From Zootoca vivipara (Eukaryota), in assembly GCF_963506605.1 (NCBI RefSeq), contig NC_083281.1, forward strand, positions 24,862,001 through 24,926,000: DNA of 64,000 nt, written 5' to 3'. The notes beneath the pieces are model-generated. The model saw only the letters and a program-made list of their open reading frames with translations, ran no database searches and was not told where the DNA came from. Positions 12,049-23,445 of the stretch are shown here, piece by piece. The position numbers and the translations under genes were made by a program. Numbering within the stretch: the first letter of the stretch is position 1; every line of letters begins with the position of its first letter.

Positions 12049-12440
12049 TGTGAAAGTTTTATTGCCCTAATGAGTGATTTATGGCTCATTAGGGCTTTGC
12101 CAAACTCACGACAGTCCAGCACGCCCTTGGCAAAAAACAACAAAGTACCTTCTCCTGTTGCACAGCAGAAGCTTGTGTGACTTAGTAGCTCATGAATAAA
12201 CTGACGAAGAACAGTTTATTTCTCCTCTACTGGACTTTATTTACAGATAGATACAGACTGACCGGGAGAGTTAGCCAGCATGGCTTTCTCTCTCTTCCGA
12301 GATACATCGAAACTGACTTACAACACACAGAACAAAGAAAGATTCTAGTATGTAGGAACCGTAACATGATCCCTTCCCAGTGATTAGGTGACACAGAGTA
12401 TACAGCTTAACTCCTTAGTGGGTACCTGCTACTCCTCACA
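12049..12440. mobile_element. Solo LTR in the 3' UTR region of the copy A 385-aa IRG
   Basis: TGTGA...TCACA termini; 5-bp TSD AATTA; absent at the homologous site in copy B (~40674). Confidence 0.82.
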
Positions 12441-13887
12441 AATTATACAGGTTTCCATTTTCCACCACCAAAAGATATTTTAAAAAATAATGACCAGATG
12501 ATCAAGTTTTTTATTTTAAAAATTCAATAAATATTAGGCTTCTCATTTTTTTTTAAAAAAAAACCCCTAAGTGAAATAATCCGAATGCCAGCATAATACC
12601 CCTTCAGTTCCTTTTTAAAAATTAGTATCTCTACGTAATGTATAAGAATTAAGACCAATACCAAAAGGAGACTTTGGGACAAATGGACTTTTTACTAGTC
12701 ATAATTCTTTCTGTCCACTAATGAATTGTTCTGTATCTGATTTCAGACTAGAAAAAACTAGTGACGTATTTGAACCTGCTTGCAAGGATGGTCTCAAATT
12801 ATCATTTATGCAGGCTGCAGCATTCACCCTGTGTGTGTGTGTGTGTGTTGCCTATATCACAAGTACCATGCACCATCTATTTCAGAATTTTCTTTCCCTC
12901 ATACACACTCAAACTGAAGGAGGGCATCCAGCTAGACAGGAGCCTCCACATTTGTTAAATAGAAAATTGAGGAAATTTTAATCTGTTTTAGTATTTTAAC
13001 TCTTGCATATCTTAAAGAATGGCTGTAATTGTTTCCTGGTTTTATTGTTTTATCTCTTTGCAAACTGCTTTGAGGTTTTATTAGAATCGAGTGGTGTACA
13101 ATATAAGGCTTCATGAAATAAACTAATTGGTTAAATTAATCTCTTTGCCACTGCCAAGACATCTGTGTTGTAATCAATGCAGCTTTCGCATGGTCACTCT
13201 AAATATTTTAGAAATGTCCAGAAAATCCGGATGCATGGCAGCCCATGTCGATAGACATTTTTGTGTCTGGATTTTCTCCTTTTGAAATATGGCCACCCTA
13301 ACTAATCAGTTTTCCATAAAAAATATTGTGAATTGTCTTGACTCCCCTCCAGGCTGGTGTCTTTTGTGGCTGTTGACACAATAATAATGTATGAGTGGGA
13401 GATTTATACTGGGCCATCCACATACCATTCCACTCTTTATTAAGAGTTTTGCAACACTTCCCCAAGGTCACTCAGTTATTATTGCCATCTGGAAGGTCAC
13501 TCTTGCACTGTAGTGTGACAAAAGTGAGCAACACACACACCCATGAACATTTGTGTAACCAATAAGTTGCAGGGCTTTAGCAGAAAACTATGGAGCCTGT
13601 GCCTATTGCAAACGAAGCAGTAGGACCATCCCAAAACATTTGCTGATGCCCAAATATGAGCTCAGATATGAATGCTCAATAAAAAGGACATCTGGAAGAT
13701 CCTACAGCCTTCCTCAAACTGATGCCTTCCAGGTGTTTTCTACTTCATTCCCCATCATTCCTGGCCATTGGCCATGCTAGCTAGAACTGATGGGTGTTGT
13801 AGTCCAAAACTTCTGAAGCATAACTTCAGAAGCTTTGGGAAGGCTGAGGTGAAATACTACTATACAATGGGATTAGGACAGAACTAA

Positions 13888-14688
13888 TGGGCAAAAGATT
13901 TTGGGCATAATATTGAATTATGGAATGAAACAATGAAATTTACTGCATGTACCACTTTGAAAGAAAATGTAATGAAAATGATGTATAGATGGTATTTAAC
14001 ACCAGTAAAATTAGCCAAAATGTTTAGAATGAGTAGTAAAACATGCTGGAATTGTCAAGAAAAAGATGGAGAATTTTATAATATGTGGTGGACATGCGAG
14101 AAAATCAAAAGATTTTGGGAAACAATATATAATGAGTTGAAAAAGATGTTTAGATATACTTTTCCTCAAAAAACCTGAGGCCTTTCTATTGGGATTAATG
14201 GGAGAGGAAATAGCAAAAAGTGACCAGAGATTATTTATGTATGCCACAACTGCTGCTAGGACTTCAGTAGCCCCAAAATGGAAAGTACAGGAGATACCGA
14301 CGATTGAGGAGTGGCAGACGAAAATGATAGATTATGCAGAATTAGCAAAGTTGACCCAAAGTACCAAGGGGAATGGAGTAAATTCATTGACTATATGGAG
14401 AAGAACTGTAGGAGTTTAAAGACACTTGCGGGACTGAGATAAATCCTACAAACTGAGTTAAAATGTGGGTAAAAATGAACTGCGAGATAAGAGTGATCAA
14501 TAAAGCTGAATGGCGGGCGGGAGGGAAGTCATAGCTCAGCAGAGCGACTGGAAGTGAGATGAGGAGATATAAGAAATAGTGAAATTGTGTTTTGTGTTTG
14601 TTTTTGTTTGTGTGTTGTTTGTTTATTTGGAAAATTGAATAAAAATCTTTTTTAAAAAATTGAATAAAAATCTTTTTTTAAAAAAAGG
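13888..14688 (+). mobile_element. 5'-truncated L1 LINE (ORF2 C-terminal Cys-rich region, 3' UTR, A tail)
   Basis: YRWYLTPVKL...CWNC...MWWTC motif; AATAAA plus A tail; 19-bp TSD GGGATTAGGACAGAACTAA (13869-13887, 14689-14707); empty site in copy B near 42168. Confidence 0.9.
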
Positions 14689-14826
14689 GGGATTAGGACA
14701 GAACTAAACCACCCCTCCCACAATTTACTACTCTATTTGTGGTTGACAATGGGGAGTTTCAACCGTTTGTTTCATTGTGGTGGGTCAAAATGATGCAACC
14801 TGTTTTGGGAGGGAGTAGCATTTCAT

Positions 14827-17800
14827 TTATATTCTCTGCAGCCAAAGATGGAGAAGCTCTATACGGTCAGCAAACACAAGACCTGGAGCTGACTGTAACT
14901 CAGATCATCAGCTTCTTATAGCAAAATTCCAGTTTAAACTGAAGAAAGTAGGAAAAAACACTGGGCCAGTAAGATACAATCTAAATCAAATCCCTTATGA
15001 ATACACAGTGTAAGTGAGGAACAGGTTTAAGGATTTAGATTTGGTGGACAGAATGCCTGAAGAACTATGGATGGAGGCTCGTAACATTATACAGGAGGCA
15101 GCAACGAAAACCATCCCAAGGAAAAAGAAATGCAAGAAAGCAAAATGGCTGTCCAACGAGGCCTTACAAATAGCGGAGGAGAGGAGGCAAGCAAAATGCA
15201 AGGGAAATAGGGAAAGATACAGATTTCCAAAAAATAGCAAGGATAGACAAGAGGGTCTTCTTAAATGAGCAATGCAAAGAAATAGAGGAAAACGATAGAA
15301 TGGGGAAAACCAGAGATCTGTTCAAGAAAATTGGAGATATGAAAGGAAGATTTCGTACAAAGATTACCATAATAAAGGACAAAAGTGGTAAGGACCTAAC
15401 AGAAGCAGAAGACATAAAGAAGAGGTGGCAAGAATACACAGAGGAATTATACCAGAAAGATATGGAGGTCTCGTACACCCCAGGTAGTGTGGTTGTTGAC
15501 CTTGAGCCAGACATCTTGGAGAGTGAAGTCAAATGGGCCTTAGAAAGCACTGCTAATAACAAGGCCAGTGGAAGTGATGATATTCCAGCTGAACTATTTA
15601 AAATTTTAAAAGACGATGCTGTTAAGGTGCTACACCCAATATGTCAGCAAGTTTGGAAAACTCAGCAATGGCCAGAGGATTGGAGAAGATCAGTCTACAT
15701 CCCAATCCCAAAGAAGGGCAGTGCCAAAGAATGCTCCAGCTACCGCACAATTGCGCTGATTTCACACGCTAGCAAGGTTATGCTTAAAATTCTACAAGGC
15801 AGGCTTAGGCAGTAAGTGGACCGAGAACTCCCAGAAGTGCAAGCTGGATTTCGAAAGGGCAGAGGAACCAGAGACCAAATAGCAAACATGCGCTGGATTA
15901 TGGAGAAAGCTAGAGAGTTCCAGAAAAACGTCTACTTCTGCTTCATTGACTATGCAAAAGCCTTTGACTATGTCGACCACAGCAAACTATGGCAAGTTCT
16001 TAAAGAAATGGGAGTGCCTGATCACCTCATCTGTCTCCTGAGAAATCTCTATGTGGGACAAGAAGCTACAGTTAGAACTGGATATGGAACAACTGATTGG
16101 TTCAAAATTGGGAAAGGAGTACGACAAGGTTGTATATTGTCTCCCTGCTTATTTAACTTATATGCAGAATTCATCATGCGAAAGGCTGGACTAGATGAAT
16201 CCCAAGCCGGAATTAAGATTGCCGGAAGAAATATCAACAACCTCAGATATGCAGATGACACAATCTTGATGGCAGAAAGCGAGGAGGAATTAAAGAACCT
16301 TTTAATGAGGGTGAAAGCGGAGAGCGCAAAATATGGTCTGAAGCTCAACATCAAAAAAACCAAGATCATGGCCACTGGTCCCATCACCTCCTGGCAAATA
16401 GAAGGGGAAGAAATGGAGGCAGTGAGAGATTTTACTTTCTTGGGCTCCTTGATCACTGCAGATGGTGACAGCAGTCACGGAATTAAAAGACGCCTGCTTC
16501 TTGGGAGAAAAGCAATGACAAACCTAGACAGCATCTTAAAAAGCAGAGACATCACCTTGCCGACAAAGGTCCGTATAGTTAAAGCTATGGTTTTCCCAGT
16601 AGTGATGTATGGAAGTGAGAGCTGGACCATAAAGAAGGCTGATCGCCGAAGAATTGATGCTTTTGAATTATGGTGCTGGAGGAGACTCTTGAGAGTCCCA
16701 TGGACTGCTAGAAGATCAAACCTATCCATTCTTAAGGAAATCAGCCCTGAGTGCTCACTGGAAGGACTGATCTTGAAGCTAAGGCTCCAATACTTTGGCC
16801 ACCTCATGAGAAGAGAAGAATCCTTGGAAAAGACCCCGATGTTGGGAAAGATTGAGGGCACAAGGAGAAGGGGACGACAGAGGACAAGATGGTTGGACAG
16901 TGTTCTCGAAGCTACGAACATGAGTTTGACCAAACTGCGGGAGGCAGTGGAAGACAGGAGTGCCTGGCATGCTATGGTCCATGGGGTCACGAAGAGTCGG
17001 ACACGACTAAACGACTAAACAACAACAACACACGCTAGCAAGGTTATGCTTAAAATTCTACAAGGCAGGCTTAGGCAGTATGTGGACCGAGAACTCCCAG
17101 AAGTGCAAGCTGGATTTCGAAGGGGCAGAGGAACCAGAGACCAAATAGCAAACATGCGCTGGATTATGGAGAAAGCTAGAGAGTTCCAGAAAAACGTCTA
17201 CTTCTGCTTCATTGACTATGCAAAAGCCTTTGACTGTGTCGACCACAGCAAACTATGGCAAGTTCTTAAAGAAATGGGAGTGCCTGATCACCTCATCTGT
17301 CTCCTGAGAAATCTCTATGTGGGACAAGAAGCTACAGTTAGAACTGGATATGGAACAACTGATTGGTTCAAAATTGGGAAAGGAGTACGACAAGGTTGTA
17401 TATTGTCTCCCTGCTTATTTAACTTATATGCAGAATTCATCATGCGAAAGGCTGGACTAGATGAATCCCAAGCCGGAATTAAGAATGCCGGAAAAAATAT
17501 CAACAACCTCAGATATGCAGATGACACAACCTTGATGGCAGAAAGTGAGGAGGAATTAAAGAACCTTTTAATGAGGGTGAAAGAGGAGAGCGCAAAATAT
17601 GGTCTGAAGCTCAACATCAAAAAAACCAAGATCATGGCCACTGGTCCCATCACCTCCTGGCAAATAGAAGGGGAAGAAATGGAGGCAGTGAGAGATTTTA
17701 CATTCTTCGGCTCCTTGATCACTGCAGATGGTGACAGCAGTCACAAAATTAAAAGGTGCCTGCTTCTTGGGAGAAAAGCAATGACAAAGCTAGACAGCAT

Positions 17801-19560
17801 CTTAAAAAGCAGAGACATCACCTTGCCTACAAAGGTCCGTATAGTTAAAGCTATGGTTTTCCCAGTAGTGATGTATGGAAGTGAGAGCTGGACCATAAAG
17901 AAGGCTGATCGCCGAAGAATTGATGCTTTTGAATTATGGTGCTGGAGGAGACTCTTGAGAGTCCCATGGACTGCAAGAAGATCAAACCTATCCATTCTTA
18001 AGGAAATCAGCCCTGAGTGCTCACTGGAAGGACTGATCTTGAAGCTAAGGCTCCAATACTTTGGCCACCTCATGAGAAGAGAAGAATCCTTGGAAAAGAC
18101 CCCGATGTTGGGAAAGATTGAGGGCACAAGGAGAAGGGGACGACAGAGGACAAGATGGTTGGACAGTGTTCTCGAAGCTACGAACATGAGTTTGACCAAA
18201 CTGCGGGAGGCAGTGGAAGACAGGAGTGCCTGGCATGCTATGGTCCATGGGGTCACGAAGAGTCGGACACGACTAAACGACTAAACAACAACAACACACG
18301 CTAGCAAGGTTATGCTTAAAATTCTACAAGGCAGGCTTAGGCAGTATGTGGACCGAGAACTCCCAGAAGTGCAAGCTGGATTTCGAAGGGGCAGAGGAAC
18401 CAGAGACCAAATAGCAAACATGCGCTGGATTATGGAGAAAGCTAGAGAGTTCCAGAAAAACGTCTACTTCTGCTTCATTGACTATGCAAAAGCCTTTGAC
18501 TGTGTCGACCACAGCAAACTATGGCAAGTTCTTAAAGAAATGGGAGTGCCTGATCACCTCATCTGTCTCCTGAGAAATCTCTATGTGGGACAAGAAGCTA
18601 CAGTTAGAACTGGATATGGAACAACTGATTGGTTCAAAATTGGGAAAGGAGTACGACAAGGTTGTATATTGTCTCCCTGCTTATTTAACTTATATGCAGA
18701 ATTCATCATGCGAAAGGCTGGACTAGATGAATCCCAAGCCGGAATTAAGAATGCCGGAAAAAATATCAACAACCTCAGATATGCAGATGACACAACCTTG
18801 ATGGCAGAAAGTGAGGAGGAATTAAAGAACCTTTTAATGAGGGTGAAAGAGGAGAGCGCAAAATATGGTCTGAAGCTCAACATCAAAAAAACCAAGATCA
18901 TGGCCACTGGTCCCATCACCTCCTGGCAAATAGAAGGGGAAGAAATGGAGGCAGTGAGAGATTTTACATTCTTCGGCTCCTTGATCACTGCAGATGGTGA
19001 CAGCAGTCACAAAATTAAAAGGTGCCTGCTTCTTGGGAGAAAAGCAATGACAAAGCTAGACAGCATCTTAAAAAGCAGAGACATCACCTTGCCTACAAAG
19101 GTCCGTATAGTTAAAGCTATAGTTTTCCCAGTAGTGTTGTATGGAAGTGAGAGTTGGACCATAAAGAAGGCTGATCGCCGAAGAATTGATGCTTTTGAAT
19201 TATGGTGCTGGAGGAGACTCTTGAGAGTCCCATGGACTGCAAGAAAATCAAACCTATCCATTCTTAAGGAAATCAGCCCTGAGTGCTCCCTGGAAGGACA
19301 GATCGTGAAGCTGAGGCTCCAATACTTTGGCCACCTCATGAGAAGAGAAGAATCCTTGGGAAAGACCCTGATGTTGGGAAAGATTGAGGGCACTAGGAGA
19401 AGGGGACGACAGAGGATGAGATGGTTGGACAGTGTTCTCGAAGTTACGAACATGAGTTTGACCAAACTGCGGGAGGCAGTGCAAGACAGGAGTGCCTGGC
19501 GTGCTATGGTCCATGGGGTCACGAAGAGTCGGACACGACTAAACAACTAAACAACAACAA
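14827..19560 (+). mobile_element. 5'-truncated BovB (RTE clade) LINE with its last ~1266 bp in three tandem units
   Basis: RT motifs (FIDYAKAFD, QGCILSP, YADD) in ORFs 15816-17018, 17046-18284 and 18312-19550; endonuclease tail at the 5' end; (CAA)n tails. 10-bp TSD AGCATTTCAT at 14817-14826 and 19561-19570; empty site in copy B near 42297. Confidence 0.95.
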
Positions 19561-20996
19561 AGCATTTCATGTGGCATTCACTCCCTTAACTCTTCAGCCC
19601 TGACCTTCACACAAATTCATTTAGGTCTGGATAGATCTGTCCCATAGATCAATGTTAGCGCTTCCCCCAGCATGAGGAAATTGGAAGGACTGGCTGCTTG
19701 GGCATGGGGGATCCACAAACCCACCCAACTTCTATTTTATCTTCACGGAGGCTTGCTCCATGTTCTGTCACTGGGTGTTGCCATTTTCCTGGCCTAGTCT
19801 AACAGGACCAGCTCTACTATAAGCCAGTGTGAAGCAGCTGCCTCAGACAGCAGACTCTGAGGGTGTGTGTATTGGGCACTCTGGGCAGCTACCAATAAAT
19901 ATAAAAACGTAATAAAACATTGAACATTTTAAAATACCGTAACTTCCTTATACAAGATTGCCTTCATACGGCTCAGGGGTCAGATAACTCCATACCCTCC
20001 AACATTTCTCCAATGAAAATAGAGACATCCTAAGGAAAAGCGGGAGGTTCCAGGATCAAATTAGAAACCAGGGCAGCTTCTCTAAATCAGGAACATGCCT
20101 GGAAAAAAGGGACACTTGGACACTTGCTGTTTTTGCTTCAACAAACCAATATGGCTACCCCTTTGGAAACAGCCTGCCTGAGTCCCCTAAGGTCATTTCC
20201 CTCATTTCAGGAGAGGACAGGGCTCCATTGCCAGTGTTCTGAAGTCATTCAATAGCTGATCCAGTTGCTTTGTGTCCATGGAACGGAGTGAGCGCAGTGC
20301 ACCACGGCGGGGGGCTGGTAAGCTGGGCGCCAGCCTGGCAAGGAGGGTGCCGCGCGGCAAAGCCGTGCGGAAACCAATTGCACCCTGCAAGGGTGGGGCG
20401 GGCAGCGGAGCGATCTCCGCCCCTCAGCACCAGGGCGCGCGATCTGCTCAAGACGGCCCTGGGAGTGAGGGGCAGCGGCCATCGTTGGCTGAGGTGACGG
20501 ACAAGATGGCCGCTTCTTCCTCAGAGAACAGATGTCAGGGATTGTGAATGTGGTGGGGGCAGGGGGCCAGGAGGCTGACCCGGGAGAGGAAGCCACTGAT
20601 TTATGGGGCTGGGAGCCACCCGACAGGCAGCAGCCAGACCAGGAGGAGGAGGAGGAAGAAGAGTTGGGGCAGGATGAGGTGGAGGAAGAAGAAACTGTTC
20701 AGCCAAGGGATGGGCCAGTTGACTCCCCACCTTCCCCTGCTCCGCCATCTCCTAGAACCAGGAGGGGCTTGAAGAGGAATGAGCAGCAGTGGCTTCTGTG
20801 CAGAAGAAGTTGCCCTGTGGGAGCTGCTGTAGGTGTTTCTCTTGCCAATAAAGTGTCAACTACCAGCCATGCATCTCCCTGAGGTGCTGCAGTGGGCCAT
20901 GACCGTTATGTTTCAGTGTGTTTTACTCAAAAAAGCAAAACCACACATGCAAAATCCAAGCTCACAAGATCCCTTGTAGCCCAAATTGTCTGTAGG

Positions 20997-21311
20997 CAGT
21001 GGCGAACGAAGCCGCTCCGGCACCCGGAGTGGCAAACATAACGCACCCCAGGGGCGGGGCGTCACCACGTAGCGTGCATGTGCAGCACCACTACATAGCA
21101 ACGCTGCGCATGCGCGCTACTAGCAGGTTGCCGGCAGCGCTGGCCCGCCCCTCGCTTGCTTGCTCACCCGCTTGGCGCTTTGCCTCAGTCCCGCTTCGGC
21201 TGCGTGCGGAGGGGAGGGGTGGGCCAGGGACGGGCGCGCCGAGTGTCACCCCCCTCCAGAGTGGCACCCGTGGTGGCACGCTCCCATTGCACCCCCCTTG
21301 CTACGCCCCTG
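20997..21311. mobile_element. GC-rich hAT MITE (paralog 43613-43950)
   Basis: CAGTGGCG...CGCCCCTG; 8-bp TSD TCTGTAGG in both copies. Confidence 0.8.
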
Positions 21312-22194
21312 TCTGTAGGCTCTACTATCCTCAGACTGAACGAAGAAGCGAGACTCATGTTTTAAAGAATGCCATAACAAAAAGTTCAAAATGGCCAGTC
21401 CTGAACTTTACGAATCTTGATCTTTTAACTATGTTTTAAAACAATTTCTAGCCCCTGTGGAAACATGTTGGTGCAGGCAACTCTCCCTGGCCATCTAACC
21501 CAGAATGTCTCACTTTGAGAGATGATCCTCTTCCGCAAAGCGAGTGTATACTGCTGCATTAGTGTCAGCAAAGCATTTTTGAAGTAAAAGGGGGGAAGGA
21601 GAGCAGGCAGTGTGACAGCTTTGCTTTGTTCAGAGGGGAAATATAAGCTCGATTTCTACAAAGCAGAAATCCAGTTTCTCATCTCAGTTCCCTTTATGAT
21701 GAAATTTGCCCCCCTACATATCAACACAGAAAATTCAGTGTTCAAGGATGAGTCTTCAGGCACATAGCAAATGCATTTCCTTTACTTGGTGGAACTTAAT
21801 TGAGCACTACAGACAATAAGATAAATGAGGTTAATAACATAAACACAGTATAATATGTTAGCAGTACAAATCTGAAATATTGTTAAGGCTGAGAAACCTT
21901 GACTAAACCTTAAGCAAATCATAATTGCCTGAATCAGCAAGGCTAGAATTGGGCAGGAAGCAAAATATTACATAGGCCAAATGTGAGAGGGAGACGCTCC
22001 AAGGAAGGGATATTTATTCCCAAATTCCCCTTTGAAGGAGGTATTTATTTTCCCTTCCCATCTGAATTATTGAAGAAAAGCAAGACTGCATTCCACAAAA
22101 TCTGCAACTTTATTATTTTTATTATTAATTGAATTTGTATACTGCCGTATACCCAGAGGTTGCATCATGTCTTGTGCCTACCTGGGTGCTCTGC

Positions 22195-23445
22195 CTAGGG
22201 CTCTGGTTCTAGGGCTTTCTTTAGAACCCTTTCAGCATCCTCAGCTAGATTACTGACAAACCTCGACAGCATCAAATAAATGATAGAAAAAGATGCTGCT
22301 ACCAATCTTCCAACTAAAGATAGGAATAATTCTTTTGCAGTATTGATATATTGCAGTATTTTCTTTATCACGAAATCGATGGTAATTTCTTCCATCTGAG
22401 GAGACTTCATCACAGCCTTCAGTTCTTCAACAGGCTTCCTGGCCAATCTGGCCAGCCTAGTTAAGGAGTCACCATCCAACTCAAATATCTTGTAGAAGTC
22501 AACCATGGACCTTTGCAAGAGGGAAGCATCACAAGCCAGAGGATGGTCACAAGCCAGAGGATTGTCTGGAATGGAAGAAGCATTGATGCAAGCAGACACC
22601 AGGGATATTTTCCATATGTGGCTCTTCAGCACAGATTTCTTCTTTTCCGTGACTTCAGGGGAAAACATGGGAAGGCTGAGCAGGAATGCATGTTTCTTCA
22701 GACTGTGCAGATCTTTCTCCAACGTCTCCACCAGTCGTGGGAAGTCATACTTGGCAAGGTCCCAGGAGGAGATCAGAAAGACTTGAGGGATGGTGCTCCT
22801 GAAGCACTTCTTAAGCTGCTTCTTTAAGTCATTCCTCATCTTCTCAAGGACTTCCTCTTCATTGAAGGTATTTGGGTAAGACCTTTCCATGTTGTATAGA
22901 TCTGCATCTACTTTGGTGCGCACAAAATAACACTTCTTCTCCATCTTCTGGATTGCCTGAGCTAGGCCAGTGTCGTTGGATCGGAATCTCTCTGAGCCAA
23001 CAATGATAAAGAAGTCATAGCTGGGGAAATCCACCATCTTAAGGTAACTCTCTGGGGAGAAATCTGGGGATCCAATTCCTGGCAGGTCCCAGAATTTCAC
23101 TTTGGGATAATTAGAATGGGTATAAACCTTTGGATTCAGTGTAGTTTCTGTCACTCCTACAGGGGCAGCACCATCATCTTCTGCCTTCAGGCCTCGGAGA
23201 GCATTGATGAGGGATGATTTCCCAGAGCCTGTCTCTCCAGTGATGGCAATGTTAAGCTCAGTGTTTTCCATCTCCTCCATCTCATCTTTGATCTCAGAAG
23301 CTGCTTCCTTCATTCCACAATCACTGAAAACCTCCATAAACCTCTCATATATATTGATTGCTATATCTATGTTCATGTCTGTATTTTTCAATATAGGCTG
23401 GATAATCTCAGGCAACAATGAAAGTTTTTCTGCAAATGAATTCAT
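22195..23445 (-). CDS. IRG GTPase (interferon-inducible GTPase 5-like), 416 aa, copy A
   Basis: G1 GETGSGKSS, switch I GVTETT, G3 WDLPGIG, G4 RTKVD, G5 ISSW. Acceptor CTTTTTTCTTCTAG immediately precedes G-ATG on the minus strand. Confidence 0.93.
   Translation of the reverse strand: MNSFAEKLSLLPEIIQPILKNTDMNIDIAINIYERFMEVFSDCGMKEAASEIKDEMEEMENTELNIAITGETGSGKSSLINALRGLKAEDDGAAPVGVTETTLNPKVYTHSNYPKVKFWDLPGIGSPDFSPESYLKMVDFPSYDFFIIVGSERFRSNDTGLAQAIQKMEKKCYFVRTKVDADLYNMERSYPNTFNEEEVLEKMRNDLKKQLKKCFRSTIPQVFLISSWDLAKYDFPRLVETLEKDLHSLKKHAFLLSLPMFSPEVTEKKKSVLKSHIWKISLVSACINASSIPDNPLACDHPLACDASLLQRSMVDFYKIFELDGDSLTRLARLARKPVEELKAVMKSPQMEEITIDFVIKKILQYINTAKELFLSLVGRLVAASFSIIYLMLSRFVSNLAEDAERVLKKALEPEP

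Noticed and set aside
16049-19546. Repeated 135-179 aa minus-strand ORFs
   Set aside because: Antisense shadows of the BovB RT frame.
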